DNA of 64,000 nucleotides from Lophium mytilinum (taxonomy: Eukaryota), in NCBI GenBank assembly GCA_010093605.1, contig MU004184.1, forward strand, positions 1,932,801 to 1,996,800. Reading direction: 5' to 3'. This document shows, piece by piece, positions 63,174 through 64,000 of this stretch (positions within the stretch are counted from its first letter, which is position 1; every line of letters begins with the position of its first letter). The translations under genes were made by a program, and so were the position numbers. The notes beneath the pieces were generated by a model. The model saw only the letters and a list, made by a program, of their open reading frames with translations. It was not told the origin of the DNA and searched no databases.

Positions 63174-64000
63174 ATGATCCAGTCCTTTCTCCAGGTACTT
63201 ATGCACGTCATTGCGCACACTGGAAGACTACTAATTATGCATAGCGTCTAGCGCGCTGGCTGGACCGCCCATTCTTCCCATGGAAGAAGCTGGTCATCGG
63301 CTTCTCCCTCGCGGAATTTGCCCTGGAGAACTGGCTTCTCTTTCGCCAGTATCGCGTCCTATCCAAGACATCCCAGCCCAAAGCCCTCGAAAACGAGATT
63401 GACAAGCCCACCTTCAATAAGAGCCAGGTTCGTCTCCGCAGATTGATGCTGCTGCCTCACGCTGACCTCAGTCTTTCCAGGAATATGGCCGCGCCAAAGC
63501 CAAGTTCGGCTTTTTCTCATCTCTATTCAATCAAGTCAAGGGCCTCGCTGTGATCTGGTACGATGTCTATCCCAAAGTATGGGCTGTCGCTGGCCTCCTC
63601 CTTGCCCGCTACGCGCCGGAACGCTTCTCGGGAGAAATCACACAATCACTCGTCTTCGTCTTCCTATTCAGCCTCATAGATACCTTCGCCGGCATGCCCT
63701 TCTCATACTACCACAGCTTCGTTCTGGAGGAGAAGTTTGGCTTCAACAAGATGACGGTCAAGCTCTGGATAACGGACATGCTCAAGGGCCAGGCGCTTAC
63801 CATTGCGTTTGGTATCCCTATCGGCAGTGCTTTCTTGTCCATCATCAAGAAATCTGGCCAAGGCTTCTTCTACTATCTCTGGCTTTTCATGCTGGTTGTT
63901 CAGGTCTCCGCGATTACCATCTACCCGATCTTCATCGTCCCGATGTTCAACAAGCTTGAGCCGCTGAAGGCCGGTGCACTGAAAGACGGCGTAGAAGCAC
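63174..64000 (+). CDS. STE24: CAAX prenyl protease 1 (peptidase M48), 5' part, runs off window
   Basis: Spliced 'LDRPFFPWKKLVIGFSL...RQYRVL...KSQEYGRAKAKF...FVLEEKFGFNKMT..LWITD'. Confidence 0.92.

Overview
Intron-containing, gene-dense filamentous ascomycete (Pezizomycotina, probably Dothideomycete-like) nuclear DNA. About 27 protein genes were reconstructed by hand from GT-AG/CTRAC signals. They include Mpv17/PMP22, a bZIP, an Mx-like dynamin, a Zn2Cys6 factor, GH76, Hsp12, WBP11, a LARP7-like protein, a P450-EthD-SDR trio, SERCA, a hybrid histidine kinase, a carboxylesterase, a C2H2/exonuclease-fold protein, SHB17, a second P450, PXR1, ERG12 and STE24 (truncated at the window end). No rRNA, tRNA or CRISPR was recognised. 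The most unusual signal is three 330-520 nt rod-like fold-back elements in the first 10.4 kb. One is a RIP-marked element with perfect 43-bp terminal inverted repeats. The other two are homologous: one fills an oversized intron of the dynamin gene and one fills the gap between two convergent genes. They share a core but have different self-complementary arms. Other points of note are a DEDDh exonuclease fold lacking all five catalytic residues, a divergent LARP7/Pof8-like protein and a probable GC-AG intron in PXR1. Family assignments come from motif recall, not database searches.
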